Shown piece after piece: positions 28,903-40,400 of a stretch of DNA of 64,000 bases. The stretch is from the NCBI GenBank assembly GCA_963810935.1, contig CAWEPK010000003.1:111622-175621 (forward strand), written 5' to 3'. The stretch is from an uncultured delta proteobacterium (GTDB taxonomy: Bacteria > Desulfobacterota > Syntrophorhabdia > Syntrophorhabdales > WCHB1-27). Below the pieces are notes generated by a model, which was not told the DNA's origin, made no database searches, and saw nothing but the letters and a program-made list of their open reading frames with translations. Within the stretch, counting starts at the first letter, position 1; each line of letters begins with the position of its first letter. A program made the position numbers and the translations under genes.

Positions 28903-29508
28903 CTAGGACCCTTTTTTTCGCTTCTTTGCCTTTCCCGGCCCTACGTAGGGGTCCATGCCCTGGCAGCCGAGGCATGAATCTCCGTCCGCTGCCGGGTAGC
29001 TCTCGCCGCAGACGGGACAGACGGCGAACGTCCCCCTGTGGTTCTTTTCCAGTAAGCTGACCGGAACTTCTATAGCGCGCACTCCGCAGATATCCCCCGC
29101 CGCCTCGCCGATCTCTTTGAGGAGCAGACCGAAGTCCTGTTCCTTCTTCGACTTGGTCTTGAAGAACCAGCCCTTGATCTCCGGCCACTTATCGAGCCTG
29201 GCCGGGTCTATGAAGACGCGGACGCCAATGCCTGTCGATTTCTCGTACATGCTCAGGGCGTAGCGCCCCAGGTTGATGATGGCGAGCCAGCCGTTCCCGA
29301 TCGTGCAGGGGGTGAGGAGCTGAACGGCGTCGGGCAGGCACTTCGGCGTCTCGCACAGGGCGTTATAAAGTTGCTTATCCGGCAGGTGCCGGTACGCGAG
29401 GTCCACCATGTAGCCGCCGATAAGCACCCCCGGCGCAGGGTAACTATGGAACTCGCGGACACGCTCTATAAATTCGTCATATGTATACGAACGGATTTTC
29501 TCTGTCAT
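28903..29508 (-). CDS. FmdE-family protein with C-terminal zinc finger
   Basis: FHSYPAPG, ETPKCLPDAVQLLTPCTIGNG, CPVCGE...CLGCQG. Confidence 0.9.
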   Translation of the reverse strand: MTEKIRSYTYDEFIERVREFHSYPAPGVLIGGYMVDLAYRHLPDKQLYNALCETPKCLPDAVQLLTPCTIGNGWLAIINLGRYALSMYEKSTGIGVRVFIDPARLDKWPEIKGWFFKTKSKKEQDFGLLLKEIGEAAGDICGVRAIEVPVSLLEKNHRGTFAVCPVCGESYPAADGDSCLGCQGMDPYVGPGKAKKRKKGS

Positions 29509-29574
29509 GGCAGACTATTCTAACGCCGATTGACCACGGGTGCAATAACCCCGCGATAGCAGCCTGACGCAGTC

Positions 29575-32500
29575 CTATCTGCACGAGACGAAGCGGATCT
29601 CGTTGGCGGAAGACGAGAGGACGTCGCCGATCAGTCCCACAGCTTCCGCTATCTGCTCGTCCGTATTGCCTAGCCCTAAGGAGAAGCGCAGCGAGCAGTG
29701 GGCCTCTTCCTCGGTCATGCCCATCGCGACAAGGACGTGGGACGGCTCGGGTGAGCCAGATTTGCATGCCGAGCCGGAGGAGAAGAAGACGCCCCTGGCA
29801 TCGAGGGCAAGTAGGAGCGATTCTCCGCGGACGCCCGGCAGGGTCACGTTAAGCGTATTGGGCAGCCTTCTTTCAGGATGGCCGTTCAGCCTGGCGCCGG
29901 GGACTATCTTTTGGATGCCGTCAAAAAGGGCATCCCGCATCCCGGCTACGCGGCCGCCCATCTGCGAAAGGCGCTCCGATGCAAGCAGCGCCGCCCTACC
30001 GGCGGCCACGATGGCCGGCGTATTCTCGGTCCCTCCCCTCAGTCCGCCCTCCTGTTTGCCTCCGTGGATCAGTGCCTCGCCCCCATCGACCCCTTTCCGC
30101 ACGTAGACCGCCCCGACCCCTTTCGGGCCGTAAAACTTATGGGCCGAAAGGGTGAGGAAGTCGACGCTCCATCGGGCCGCATCGACTTCTATCCTGCCTG
30201 CCGCCTGCACGGCGTCCGTGTGGAAGAGCACGCCCTTTTGGCGGGCTATGCGGGCCAGCTCCGCAATGGGCTGGAGCGTACCCGTCTCGTTGTTCGCCGC
30301 CATGATGCTCACAAGGCACGTCCTTTCGGTGATCGCCCTACTGAGGGCCTCCGGTGCGACCAGGCCGTATGCGTCAACGGGCAGGTACGTTACTTCGAGG
30401 CCGATCTTTTCAAGGAAGCGGCAGGCGGCCAGCACGGAGGGGTGCTCGACCTTTGATGTGATAAGGTGGTTTTTTGCAGGGGCTGACGCGAGGGCAACGC
30501 CCTTGATGACGAAATTATTGGCCTCGGAACCGCCGCTCGTAAAAACGAGTCTTCGGGGCGTGCAGCCCGCGAGAATGGAAAGGCTTCTGCGCGCCTGCTC
30601 GATTGCCCCGTGCGCCTCCCTGCCCGCTGAATAGATGGCCGATGCATTGCCGTAGCGCCCCAGGGCCTCTACCATCACTTCTTTCACGGAGGCGTCCATC
30701 GGGGTCGTCGCATTGTGGTCGAGGTATATCGGCTCGCGCACCTGCGCAGCGGGGCCTGATGCGCCGCCCGTCTCGTATTCCCCGGTCCCGACCGTTTGCC
30801 GCCCGCCTGCGCCTGCGCGTTCCACTTCGCAGAGGAGCGCCTTGTACGCGGGGAAGCCGGAAATAGGGTCGAAGTTGTCGAGGTCCGTCAATTCGTTGAC
30901 ACAAGCGGCACGCCAATCGTCCGAGCCGAGGGCGCCGCCACCTGCCCCGCTCGCCTCGACCGCCCCTTCCACGATATCGTCCGTCACCCGCGCGTACATC
31001 TCAACGCGGCCTCGGCAGGTGCGCAGGACGACCCTCTCCCCGTCGGCTATGCCCCTGCTTGCAGCGTCTTTGCTGTTGATCGCCACGGACGGCGCCCGCA
31101 GCTCCTTGCCGAGGCCGGGGATGGAATGATGGAGGGAGTGGAGGTCCGCATTGTGGTGCGCGCCGGAATTGAAGACAAGGGGGTGGCGGGCCGCGAGGTC
31201 CGGCCTCGATGCCGGACTCTCGGTCGGCTCGACATAGCGCGGCAGGGGGTCGTAGCCGTATTCTTCGAGGAGCGTTGAGGCGATCTCGAACTTGCCCGTA
31301 GGCGTCTCGAAACCGGGTTTGCCGTCTTCCCTGAGCAGGCCCTTTTCCCATTTGCGATACTCCATCATCACGGGGGGCGCCTGAACGCTTCCGCCCGCGT
31401 TCCGCACGGCCCGTGGCGTGAAGCCAGAGCCGTCAAGCACGTAGGCCAACAGGCTTTCCGTATCCTGCGGAAAGAGATGGCCGTATCCCAGACGGGCAGC
31501 AAGCTCCGCGAGGATAAGAAAGTCGTACCGTGCATCGTTGACGGGCGCAGCGAGCTGCTCGCGTATGCGAAACACGGAGTCGTAGACCATGTATGATTCC
31601 GTCTCGTAGTAAGTGCATGCGGGAAGGACTATATCGGCGTAGGCCATATCGGCCGTCCACTGGCGGTCGACGCAGACGAAGAAATCGAGGCCGGCCAGGG
31701 TCTTGCGCCAGACTTGCGATGCCGGCCAGGACGTAATGAGCGACGCGCCGAGGCTGAATAATGCCCGTATGCGGTAAGGGTCCGAGTGGAGCACGGCCTG
31801 CGGCAGGGCTATCGCATGGAACTCGCCCCGATAACGCGTGTAGACAGGGAACCTGTTGTGGCCGGCCGCCTTCGAGGCGTTCGGGTTGGCGAGCAGGCCG
31901 GCGCGGTTTATGGGGAACATCGAGCCATTCATTTTAAAGCACTGTCCGCCCGGCACGTCCAGGTTGCCGGAGAGGGCGAGCAGGGTAAAGACCGCGCGCA
32001 CCGTCTGGACGCCGTTCCCGTTGTATTCAAGGCCCGCGTACATAACGGGCGCTACGCCGTCTGCAGCCGCCAGGCGCCGCGCGCAGGACCTGACCGTCTC
32101 CGCAGATACGCCCGTGATGCCCTCTACGTAGTCGGGCCTGAAGTGCTGCACGTACTCGCTGAACGCATCGAAGCCCGTAGTCCAGTTACGGGCGAACGCC
32201 TCATCGTACAACTCTTCCTCGATGAGGACGTTGCACATGCCGAGGGCCAGCGCGCAATCCGTACCTGGCCTCGGGTGTATCCATGAGGTGCCGGGCCAGC
32301 GTGCTAGGGAGGTCTTCCTGGGGTCGATGACGATTATTTCGGCCCCGCGCCTGCGGGCGGCCTCGATCTTGGGCAAGTCGTCCGGCGGGCAGTGGGCGGC
32401 CGGGTTCTTGCCCCATATCAGGACGAGCCGGGCGCGGTCGATTTCGGCGAACATGTCGATATACATGCGGCCCATCGTTACATGGGGGGCGATCATGGCG

Positions 32501-32964
32501 AAGGCGACGTAGCAGAGGGCGCCGACGCCCAGGGTATTGGGCGAGCCGTAAGGAAAAAGCACGCTCGAGGCCGACGAGACCGCGACTCCGGCAGGCTGGA
32601 AGACGTCGCAGAGCGCCCGGTCGAAGCTGCCGCTGCCCGTATAGACGGCCGCAGCCTCCGGACCCGATTCCTCGCGTATCCGAAAGAGCTTTCCGGCGAT
32701 CTCATCGTACGCCTCGTCCCAGGAGATCTTCTTGAAGTCGTAGGAGCCTTTCGGCCCCACCCTCCTTAACGGATGGGCGATTCTGTGGTCGGAATAGACG
32801 ATCTCGGGCGAGTGCTCCCCGACCTTGCAGATCATGCCGAACGGCGAAGTCTCGTCCGCCCGCACTGCGCTTATCCTGCCCGCCTGATCGTAGGAGACGA
32901 TCACCCCGCAACCTGCCGAGCAGATGCCGCATATGCCTGCTTTCTCGTTCCTGCGCGTTGCCAT
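29575..32964 (-). CDS. Molybdo/tungstopterin oxidoreductase-cysteine desulfurase fusion (metallopterin-dependent ergothioneine synthase-like)
   Basis: N-terminal CGICSAGC...C Fe-S motif and bis-MGD fold (PLRRVG, ADIVLPA); C-terminal YLDHNATT, SAHKFYGPKG, SSGSAC; adjacent to egtD. Confidence 0.88.
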   Translation of the reverse strand: MATRRNEKAGICGICSAGCGVIVSYDQAGRISAVRADETSPFGMICKVGEHSPEIVYSDHRIAHPLRRVGPKGSYDFKKISWDEAYDEIAGKLFRIREESGPEAAAVYTGSGSFDRALCDVFQPAGVAVSSASSVLFPYGSPNTLGVGALCYVAFAMIAPHVTMGRMYIDMFAEIDRARLVLIWGKNPAAHCPPDDLPKIEAARRRGAEIIVIDPRKTSLARWPGTSWIHPRPGTDCALALGMCNVLIEEELYDEAFARNWTTGFDAFSEYVQHFRPDYVEGITGVSAETVRSCARRLAAADGVAPVMYAGLEYNGNGVQTVRAVFTLLALSGNLDVPGGQCFKMNGSMFPINRAGLLANPNASKAAGHNRFPVYTRYRGEFHAIALPQAVLHSDPYRIRALFSLGASLITSWPASQVWRKTLAGLDFFVCVDRQWTADMAYADIVLPACTYYETESYMVYDSVFRIREQLAAPVNDARYDFLILAELAARLGYGHLFPQDTESLLAYVLDGSGFTPRAVRNAGGSVQAPPVMMEYRKWEKGLLREDGKPGFETPTGKFEIASTLLEEYGYDPLPRYVEPTESPASRPDLAARHPLVFNSGAHHNADLHSLHHSIPGLGKELRAPSVAINSKDAASRGIADGERVVLRTCRGRVEMYARVTDDIVEGAVEASGAGGGALGSDDWRAACVNELTDLDNFDPISGFPAYKALLCEVERAGAGGRQTVGTGEYETGGASGPAAQVREPIYLDHNATTPMDASVKEVMVEALGRYGNASAIYSAGREAHGAIEQARRSLSILAGCTPRRLVFTSGGSEANNFVIKGVALASAPAKNHLITSKVEHPSVLAACRFLEKIGLEVTYLPVDAYGLVAPEALSRAITERTCLVSIMAANNETGTLQPIAELARIARQKGVLFHTDAVQAAGRIEVDAARWSVDFLTLSAHKFYGPKGVGAVYVRKGVDGGEALIHGGKQEGGLRGGTENTPAIVAAGRAALLASERLSQMGGRVAGMRDALFDGIQKIVPGARLNGHPERRLPNTLNVTLPGVRGESLLLALDARGVFFSSGSACKSGSPEPSHVLVAMGMTEEEAHCSLRFSLGLGNTDEQIAEAVGLIGDVLSSSANEIRFVSCR

Positions 32965-33034
32965 TGTTCACCTTCTCCTGGGTATTGCGAATCGAAAAAG
33001 CGCCCTGCCTTGCACCAAGGGCGCAAAACAAGCG

Positions 33035-34080
33035 TCAGGGCCCGCCGCCGTTGCGGGGCACGGACGTCCGGTGCGCTCCATCCTTGACATAGAGACCGAC
33101 AGCGAAATAGGATGCCCCGTCCTTCCAGACGTCGAGGGCGCGGAAGCCTGCCCTGCCTGCCGTCTCCGCGAACCCTTCAACCGTGTATTTGTAAGAGTTC
33201 TCAGTGTGCAGCCGCTCAAGGGCATCGAAGAAGACCGCCTCGTTCGCTACCGTAACGCGCTGGGCGGCAAGGCTCTCCAGGTACATCTCCACACGCCCCA
33301 TGCCTTCATTGCAGACGGCCACGTGCCGGAACTTCGCCAGATCGAAGTCGGCGCTCAACTCCCTGTTGAGACGGGCGAGCAGGTTCAGGTTGAAAGAGGC
33401 GGTCACACCTTCGGGATCATCGTAAGCGCGGCTTAGAACGCCGCCGTCCTTCCGGAGGTCGTAGCCGATCAGAAGGCAGTCGCCTTCGTCCAGGAAGTCG
33501 TGGAAGCGGGTGAGGAGCCGGACCGCCTCAAACGGGTCGAGGTTGCCGATGCTTGAGCCGGGGAAGAGGATCAGGCGCCTTCCGGCCGGCGGCACGATGG
33601 GTTTGATCGGGTCGAGCCCCTCCATGAAGTCCATTGCAACCGCGTGAACGGCAACGCCGGGAAAGGTGCGGGCGATATCTGCGGCCCTGTCGCGCAGGTA
33701 TTCGCCGGATATATCCAGCGGGACGAAGGACGACACCCGGCCCGTAGCGAGCAGGGTACGCGGACCTTGGCGCAGGCGCCTGCACCCGGCTCTATAATGC
33801 ACAAGCGGCTCCCCAGCGGCTCCAGCATGGCGGCTGCGTAGCGCTCCAGAATGGACGTCTCGGCGCGGGTAACGTAATAGGCGGGCAGCTCGCAAATGAG
33901 GTCGAAGAGCCTCGACCCCTCAACATCGTAGAGGTATTTCGGCGGGATCGCCTTCGGCGTCTTCCTGAGGCCCTCGAGCACCTCTTCCTCCATGGGCCGC
34001 GTGCCGGCCTCCATCTGCGTGAAGCGCGTGCGCACGCCGCGTCCCACGGCCCCTGTCAGCTCCGCTCGGTTTGCCTCCAT
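33035..34080 (-). pseudogene. egtD: L-histidine N-alpha-trimethyltransferase, frameshifted near 33760 (probably an assembly error)
   Basis: PPKYLYDVEGSRLFDLICELPAYYVTRAE, EPGAG, then PLDIS, FPGSSIGN, AYDDPEGVTASFNLNLL, HTENSYKY in the next frame. Confidence 0.9.
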
Positions 34081-34248
34081 GGCCGGTCCCTCCTTCAAAG
34101 GAGCAATATAATCACTCGGTTCTGCCATGTATACCCGTGCAAGGCTTTATACGCGAAGGCGCCGGCCCTAGCCGCGTTAGCCTGCGCCGCTATTGACTTT
34201 TCCCAACGATCGTCGTATAAATCTAGTCGGCTTAGTAAGGGGAGAGCA

Positions 34249-34536
34249 ATGAACGGGAAAAAGACTTTGAAGACTATCGTCGTACTACTTGGGATAGTCT
34301 TCCTTCTCAGCATCCTGACGGTTGAGTCCCATGCCCGCGAGCAGGGCGGGCTGGCAGCCAAACTGCCCACCATCATCGACGGCACCATCGAGTTTGCGGT
34401 CGCAATTAACGACAAAGTCGAGTTTGACGTATTCAGACCCATAGAGTACCTCCCCCTTTCCCAAGAGATGTTTTTCGTCGTTAAATCCAGTACGCCTCCC
34501 CAGGTGTACAGGGGTCCTCCGCCCCCCGCAATTTAG
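34249..34536 (+). CDS. Small hypothetical protein with N-terminal hydrophobic segment
   Basis: GGGGAG RBS, signal-like N-terminus, C-terminal RGPP motif. Confidence 0.55.
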   Translation: MNGKKTLKTIVVLLGIVFLLSILTVESHAREQGGLAAKLPTIIDGTIEFAVAINDKVEFDVFRPIEYLPLSQEMFFVVKSSTPPQVYRGPPPPAI

Positions 34537-34650
34537 CCCGATCATTTTCCCTGGAAACACAAAATGTTTTGTACATACTTTTGGGTCTCGCCGCTTGATG
34601 TAAAGGCGACAGACGGGGTGTTAACGGCAATCCGTTGGGGGGAACGGAAG

Positions 34651-34944
34651 ATGAAGAAAGCGCTTGCCCTTGCCGCAGTTGTGCTCATTCTCCTCACCGT
34701 GGGGGGGACGGCTTCGGCCCGTGGCGGCCATGGTGGCGGTGGCCACGGCGGCGGGCACGCCCACCACGGCGGCGGCCATTGGGGAGGCCGGGCTTATGCA
34801 GGCGGGACGGCATTCGGCCACCCGTATTACGGTTACTACGGGGCATACCCCTATTCGACGTGGGTGCCCGGATACTGGACGGAAATGTGTACACCGGAAT
34901 ATTGCGAGCGCGTTTGGGTGCCCGGCTACTGGCGGCGCTGGTAA
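34651..34944 (+). CDS. Small secreted Gly/His-rich protein with two WVPGYW (YXWGXW-like) repeats
   Basis: Signal peptide ASA-R, GGHGGGGHGGGHAHH, WVPGYW twice. Confidence 0.75.
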   Translation: MKKALALAAVVLILLTVGGTASARGGHGGGGHGGGHAHHGGGHWGGRAYAGGTAFGHPYYGYYGAYPYSTWVPGYWTEMCTPEYCERVWVPGYWRRW

Positions 34945-35000
34945 AAGGTGTTTTGTGCATAATTCTTGCAAGATGGCTTATCGTGAGTAAGGAGATGCCC

Positions 35001-36272
35001 ATGAAAACAAGGCTTTTTTTGCCCGGCTTTTTTATGATGCTTCTTCTTTTCGGCGTTGCGTCGTTTTCGGAAGCCGCAGGGCCGGTTACCTGGCAGCAGG
35101 TCAGGGACAGGTTCATCAGCACCAACCCAACCCTCCTCGCGGCACGCATGGGCATCGAAGAGGCCAAGGCGCAGGAGATCACCGCCTACATGCGCCCTAA
35201 CCCGCAATTCACGGCCGCGACCGACTACATCCATCCCTTCAGGTCGAACGGCGCCCTCCAGGACGCCCAGCCCTCGATTGCGCTCTCGTATCTCATCGAG
35301 AGGATGAACAAGCGGGGCCTCAGGCTGGAGACGGCGCGGAAGGGGACATCGGTCGCCGTATCACAGCTTGCCGACCAGGAGCGGACGCTCCTGTTCGCAC
35401 TGCGGAGCGCCTTTATACAGGTCTTGCAGCAGAAGGCCATCCTGGCCCTTGCACTGGACAACCTCGCCTATTACGACCATGTGATCGACGTCGGCAATGA
35501 GCGGTTCAGGGTGGGGGACATATCAAGGGTCGAGCTCGACCGCCTCCAGCTCCAGCGGGTCACCTACGAGTCGGATTTACAGACGGCGACCGTCAATCTA
35601 CGGACAGCCAAGATCCAGCTTCTCATGCTCACGAACGACCGGACCCCCGTCGACCAGTTTGACGTGACCGGACCCTTCGATTTCAGCGAGGCGGTCCTGC
35701 CCCTTTCCGATTTGCGGCAGACCGCCCTGGATACGAGGCCGGACCTTAAGGCTGCGGCCCTCTCCATCGAGCAGGCAAAAAGCGCCTACAGCCTCGCAAG
35801 GGCGAATGCATCGACGGACCCGACCGTCTCGCTCGACGGCGGCCGCCTGGGGCAAAACACCGGGGGGGCGTACGGCTACAGCTACGCGGGCTTTTCGATC
35901 AGCATTCCCCTGCGCATCTTCGACCGTAACCAGGGCGAGATACTCCGCACGAAGCTGGACATCACCCGCAGCGAAAGGCTGCTCAACGCGACGGAAGCGC
36001 AGCTTTACGGCGACGTCGATTCGGCTTACGCGATCTTTACGAGCACCATCGCGCTGCTCAAGCCCTATAAGGCCCGGTATCTCCAACAGGCGGCCACGGT
36101 CAGGGAGACGGTGACGTTCTCCTACGAGCGCGGCGGGGCCTCCCTGCTCGAATTTCTGGACGCGACGCGCGATTACAGGTCCGTGCAGACGGCCTATCTC
36201 AACCTGGTCGGCTCTTATTTGGCGGCCGCCGCACAGATGAACCTGGCGGTAGGCCGGGAGGTTATTGAATGA
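35001..36272 (+). CDS. TolC/CzcC-family outer-membrane efflux protein
   Basis: AAGGAG RBS; RPNP, ISIPLRIFDRNQG, YERGGASLLEFLDA. Confidence 0.9.
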   Translation: MKTRLFLPGFFMMLLLFGVASFSEAAGPVTWQQVRDRFISTNPTLLAARMGIEEAKAQEITAYMRPNPQFTAATDYIHPFRSNGALQDAQPSIALSYLIERMNKRGLRLETARKGTSVAVSQLADQERTLLFALRSAFIQVLQQKAILALALDNLAYYDHVIDVGNERFRVGDISRVELDRLQLQRVTYESDLQTATVNLRTAKIQLLMLTNDRTPVDQFDVTGPFDFSEAVLPLSDLRQTALDTRPDLKAAALSIEQAKSAYSLARANASTDPTVSLDGGRLGQNTGGAYGYSYAGFSISIPLRIFDRNQGEILRTKLDITRSERLLNATEAQLYGDVDSAYAIFTSTIALLKPYKARYLQQAATVRETVTFSYERGGASLLEFLDATRDYRSVQTAYLNLVGSYLAAAAQMNLAVGREVIE

Positions 36273-37405
36273 AACGTATGGTTCTCGCGGCATTCCCCTG
36301 CCTGGTTCTGCTCCTTTTCCTCGCCTCGTGCGGCCGGAAAGGGGAAGCAGACCTCGGTGCGCCTCCTCCGGCCCAGGTCGAGCGCGAGCAGGACTCTACT
36401 GTATTCAAGGTGGCCCGTCCGGAGCAGTTCCCCCTTGCTACGGCGGGTGAGCATAAGGCTGCGCCGGAGCTGACCGTCACCGGCGTTGTCACCCCCGACG
36501 TCGCCCGCTCGGTCCCGGCCATATCGCTGGCCTCCGGCCGCGCCCTTGAGGTGAAGGCGCGACTGGGCGACACCGTGCAGAAGGGACAGCTCCTTATGCG
36601 GGTAAAAAGCAACGATGTTGCGGCAGCCTACGCGGCCTACCGGAACGCGACATGCAGCGAGCAGCTCTCCAAGCTCCAGGTCGAGCGCGCGAGGCTGCTT
36701 TTCGAAAAAGGCGCTATTGCAAAAAAGGACCTGGAAATAGCCGAGCAGGTGGAAGAGTCTAACCTCGTCGTCCTCGACGCCGCCGTCCAGGCGTTGCGCA
36801 TCCTCGGCGTGTCTGACCTGAAAAACCACCCGAACGGGGTCGTCGACGTCTACGCGCCCATATCGGGCGTCATCATAGAGCAGAACGTTACAGCAGGCGC
36901 CGGCGTGAAGACGCTCGACAACTCGCCGAACCTCTTCACCATCGCAAACCTGGACAACGTCTGGCTCATGTGCGACGTTTACGAGAACAACCTTTCCTTC
37001 GTCCGCCTCGGCGACTACGCGGACGTCCGCCTCAACGCATTTCCCGACAAGGTTTATAAGGGAAGGGTCAGCAATATAGGGCCCATCCTCGACCCTAACA
37101 TCCGCACGGCGAAGGTCCGGCTGGAGATGCCCAACCCCGTCCGCCAGATGAGTATAGGCATGTTCGTTACGGCCACGTTCTACGGGCAGCAGGAGGAGAC
37201 GTTCACGACGGTCCCCGCGTCCGCAGTCCTCCACCTGCACGACCGCGACTGGGTCTACGTCCCGGCGGAGGCCGGCCAGTTCAGGCGCGTCGAGGTGCGG
37301 GGCAGGAAGATGCTTGCAGGCAACGTGCAGGAAGTGACGGGGATAAGCCCGGGCCAGAAGGTGGTTGTTAACGCGCTGTCGCTCCAGGCGACGGCGGAGC
37401 AGTAA
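36269..37405 (+). CDS. RND efflux periplasmic adaptor (CzcB/CusB-like)
   Basis: LASC lipobox, LGDTVQKGQLL, APISG, VWLMCDVYE, RTAKVR. Confidence 0.9.
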   Translation: MKRMVLAAFPCLVLLLFLASCGRKGEADLGAPPPAQVEREQDSTVFKVARPEQFPLATAGEHKAAPELTVTGVVTPDVARSVPAISLASGRALEVKARLGDTVQKGQLLMRVKSNDVAAAYAAYRNATCSEQLSKLQVERARLLFEKGAIAKKDLEIAEQVEESNLVVLDAAVQALRILGVSDLKNHPNGVVDVYAPISGVIIEQNVTAGAGVKTLDNSPNLFTIANLDNVWLMCDVYENNLSFVRLGDYADVRLNAFPDKVYKGRVSNIGPILDPNIRTAKVRLEMPNPVRQMSIGMFVTATFYGQQEETFTTVPASAVLHLHDRDWVYVPAEAGQFRRVEVRGRKMLAGNVQEVTGISPGQKVVVNALSLQATAEQ

Positions 37406-37407
37406 AG

Positions 37408-40400
37408 ATGATATCGGCTGTAGTCGATTTCGCCCTGAGCACAAGTGGTTCATGGTCCTCGCCTTCGCCGTTTTCCTGTTCTTGGCATAGGGGTCGTGCA
37501 GTTCCAGCACCTCTCCATCGAGGCCTATCCAGACGTGGCCAACAACTATGCCTGGATCATCACGCAGTGGCCCGGCAGAGCCGCCGAGGAGGTGGAACAG
37601 CAGGTAACCATCCCCATTGAAAACACCATGAACGGCATACCCTACCGCACGTACCTGAGGTCCGTGTCGATTGCCGGATTATCGGTCGTCATCATAACGT
37701 TCGAGGATAACTCGGACAATTTCCAGAACCGGCAGAGGGTGCTTGAGCGCATCTCGATGGTGACGCTGCCTTCCGGCCTCCAGCCGAATATCGGTCCCGA
37801 CTTCAGCCCCGTGGGGCAAATCTATTTCTTCACGCTCCGCAGCTCCAACCCGGCTTATGACGCCATGGAGCTGAAGACCCTGATGGACTGGACCCTCGTG
37901 AAGCAGTTCAAGTCGGTGCCGAACGTGGTGGACGTCGCGCCCTTCGGCGCGCCGACGCGCGAGTACCAGGTGCGGGTGGACCCCGATAAGCTCGTCTCCT
38001 ACGGCCTCTCCATCGGCCAGGTGGAGCAGCAGCTCACGAACAACAACGTTAATGCGGGCGGCAGCTTCATCGAGGCGGGCATGCAGCAGATCAACGTGCG
38101 CGTGGTCGGCCTCGTGCACAGCGTACAGGACATCGAGGATACGGTCATCACGGCGAAAAACGGCACTCCGGTGCGCATCAAGGACATCGCCGTAGTGGCG
38201 CAGGGCCCCAAGATCAGGCTGGGCCAGTTCGGCAGGGCAATCCACCGGGCGGACGGCAAGATCATCGACAACGACGACGTCGCCTCCGGCATAGTCCTCA
38301 TGCGGAAAGGGGCGCCTTTCGACGAGACTATCGTCGGTGTCGAGAAAAAGGTCAAGGAGCTGAACAACGGGATACTGCCGCCTGGCGTGAAGGTCGTCCC
38401 CTTCAACGACCGTGGAGACCTCGTCCATTACACGACCCACACGGTGCTACACAACCTGACGGAAGGCTTCATCCTCGTCACGATCGTCCTCCTCCTCTTT
38501 TTGGGGAGCGTCAGGGGTGCTATCGTCGTCGCCTTGACCATCCCATTCGCCCTCTTCTTCGCTGCAAGCTGCCTGCACCTCAGCAGGATACCCGCAAACC
38601 TCCTCTCGCTGGGCGCGCTCGACTTCGGCATGGTGGTAGACGGCGCGATCGTGATGGTAGAGAATATCATCCGCCACATAGGCCATAAGGACCCCGGCGT
38701 CTCGCTGCCCGACAGGATCAGGGCCGCAGCCCACGAGGTGCAAAGGCCCGTCTTCTACGCCATCCTCATCATCATCACCGCCTACCTCCCCATTTACACG
38801 CTCCAGAGCGTCGAGGGGCGTCTTTTCAAGCCGATGGCCCTGACGGTCGGGTTTGCCCTCCTGGGCGCCATGATATTCTCAGTAACGCTCGCCCCCATAC
38901 TGTTGAGCTTCCTGTTCCGCAAAGAGACCCCGGAATGGCATAACCCGGTGGTTACGCACGTCACCCGGCTCTACCGATTATCTCTCACCTGGTCCATCCA
39001 TCACCGCAAAGCGATGATCGCCGTTGCGGTATTGACGCTGTGCGGCAGCGTCTACCTGGTCGAGAGCGGCGTTATCGGCTCCGAGTTCCTGCCCCATCTC
39101 GACGAAGGCTCCATCTGGGTGCGCGGGACGCTCGCGCCCAGCACAGGGCCGAACGAGTCGATTCGGGTGGCAGACCGAACCAGGATCGCGCTTGCCGGTT
39201 TCCCGGAAGCCACCCAGGTGACGAGCCAAGCGGGGCGGGACGACGCCGGGCAGGACTTCACTGGGTTCTTCAACACGGAATACTGTGTTAACCTTAAGCC
39301 CAAGAACAAATGGCGCCCTGTCTTCCACCAGGATAAAGACAAACTGATCTCCGCGATGAACCGGGAGCTGCAAAAGATACCCGGCGTGATCTGGAACTTT
39401 TCCCAGCCGATCCAGGACAACATGGAAGAGGCCGTAAGCGGCGTCAAGGGGCAGCTCGCGACGAAAATCTATGGCGACGACCTCCGGGTGCTGGAGGAAA
39501 AAGGCGAAGAGATCGTAAAGATAATGAGGCAGCGTGAAAGGAATCAAGGACCTGGGCCTTTTCCGGGTCGTCGGCCAGCCGAACCTGAATTTCGTCGTCG
39601 ACCGCGAGCAAGCCGCCCGTTACCAGATAAACGTCGCCGACGTTCAGGACGCTATCCAGACCGCAGCCGGAGGCAACGCACTCACCCAGGTGCTCCAGGG
39701 CGAGCAGCGCTACGATCTCGTTATGCGCTACCTTCCGGCCTACCGCGATACGAAGGAGGCGCTTGAAAAAATCCGCCTCCTCAGCCCTTCCGGCGAGAGG
39801 GTTTCCCTCGCCCAGCTTTGCAAGATCGAGACGAAAGACGGCGCCGCACAGATCTACCGTGAAGGGAACAGGCGCTACGTCGCAGTCAAGTACAGCGTCA
39901 GGGGGCGGGACCTCGGCAGCACGGTCGAGGAGGCGATGGAAAAGGTGCAGAAGCAGGTGAAGCTGCCTTACGGATATACGATAAGCTGGATGGGCGAGTA
40001 CGAGAGCCAGAAGCGCGCCGAGGCACGCCTGCTCATCATCGTGCCCGTCACGATCTTCTTCATATTCATGATTATTTACGGCGCTTTCGGGTCGGCAAAG
40101 TGGGCTTGTCTCCACATGGTCAACGTGGCGGTGGCGCGCATAGGCGGGCTTCTGGCTCTCCTAGTGACGGGCACCCATTTCAGCGTCTCCTCGGGGGTGG
40201 GGTTCATGGCCTTATTTGGCTGCTCCGTCCAGACAGGCGTCGTTATGGTGGAGTATATCAACCAGCTCCGCTCAAGGGGCTATTCGATCACGGATGCGGC
40301 CGTGGAAGGGGCGACACGCCGCTTGAGGCCCATCATGATGACGATGCTCGTGGCGACGCTTGGGCTCCTGCCGGCCGCGATGTCGCATGCCGATAGGGTC

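Noticed and set aside
29575..32964. Selenocysteine recoding in the metallopterin enzyme, given yqeC nearby
   Set aside because: The ORF is uninterrupted, with no in-frame TGA.
34635..35000. 122-aa N-terminal extension of the TolC ORF
   Set aside because: It overlaps the Gly/His-rich gene in another frame. The RBS and signal peptide support a start at 35001.
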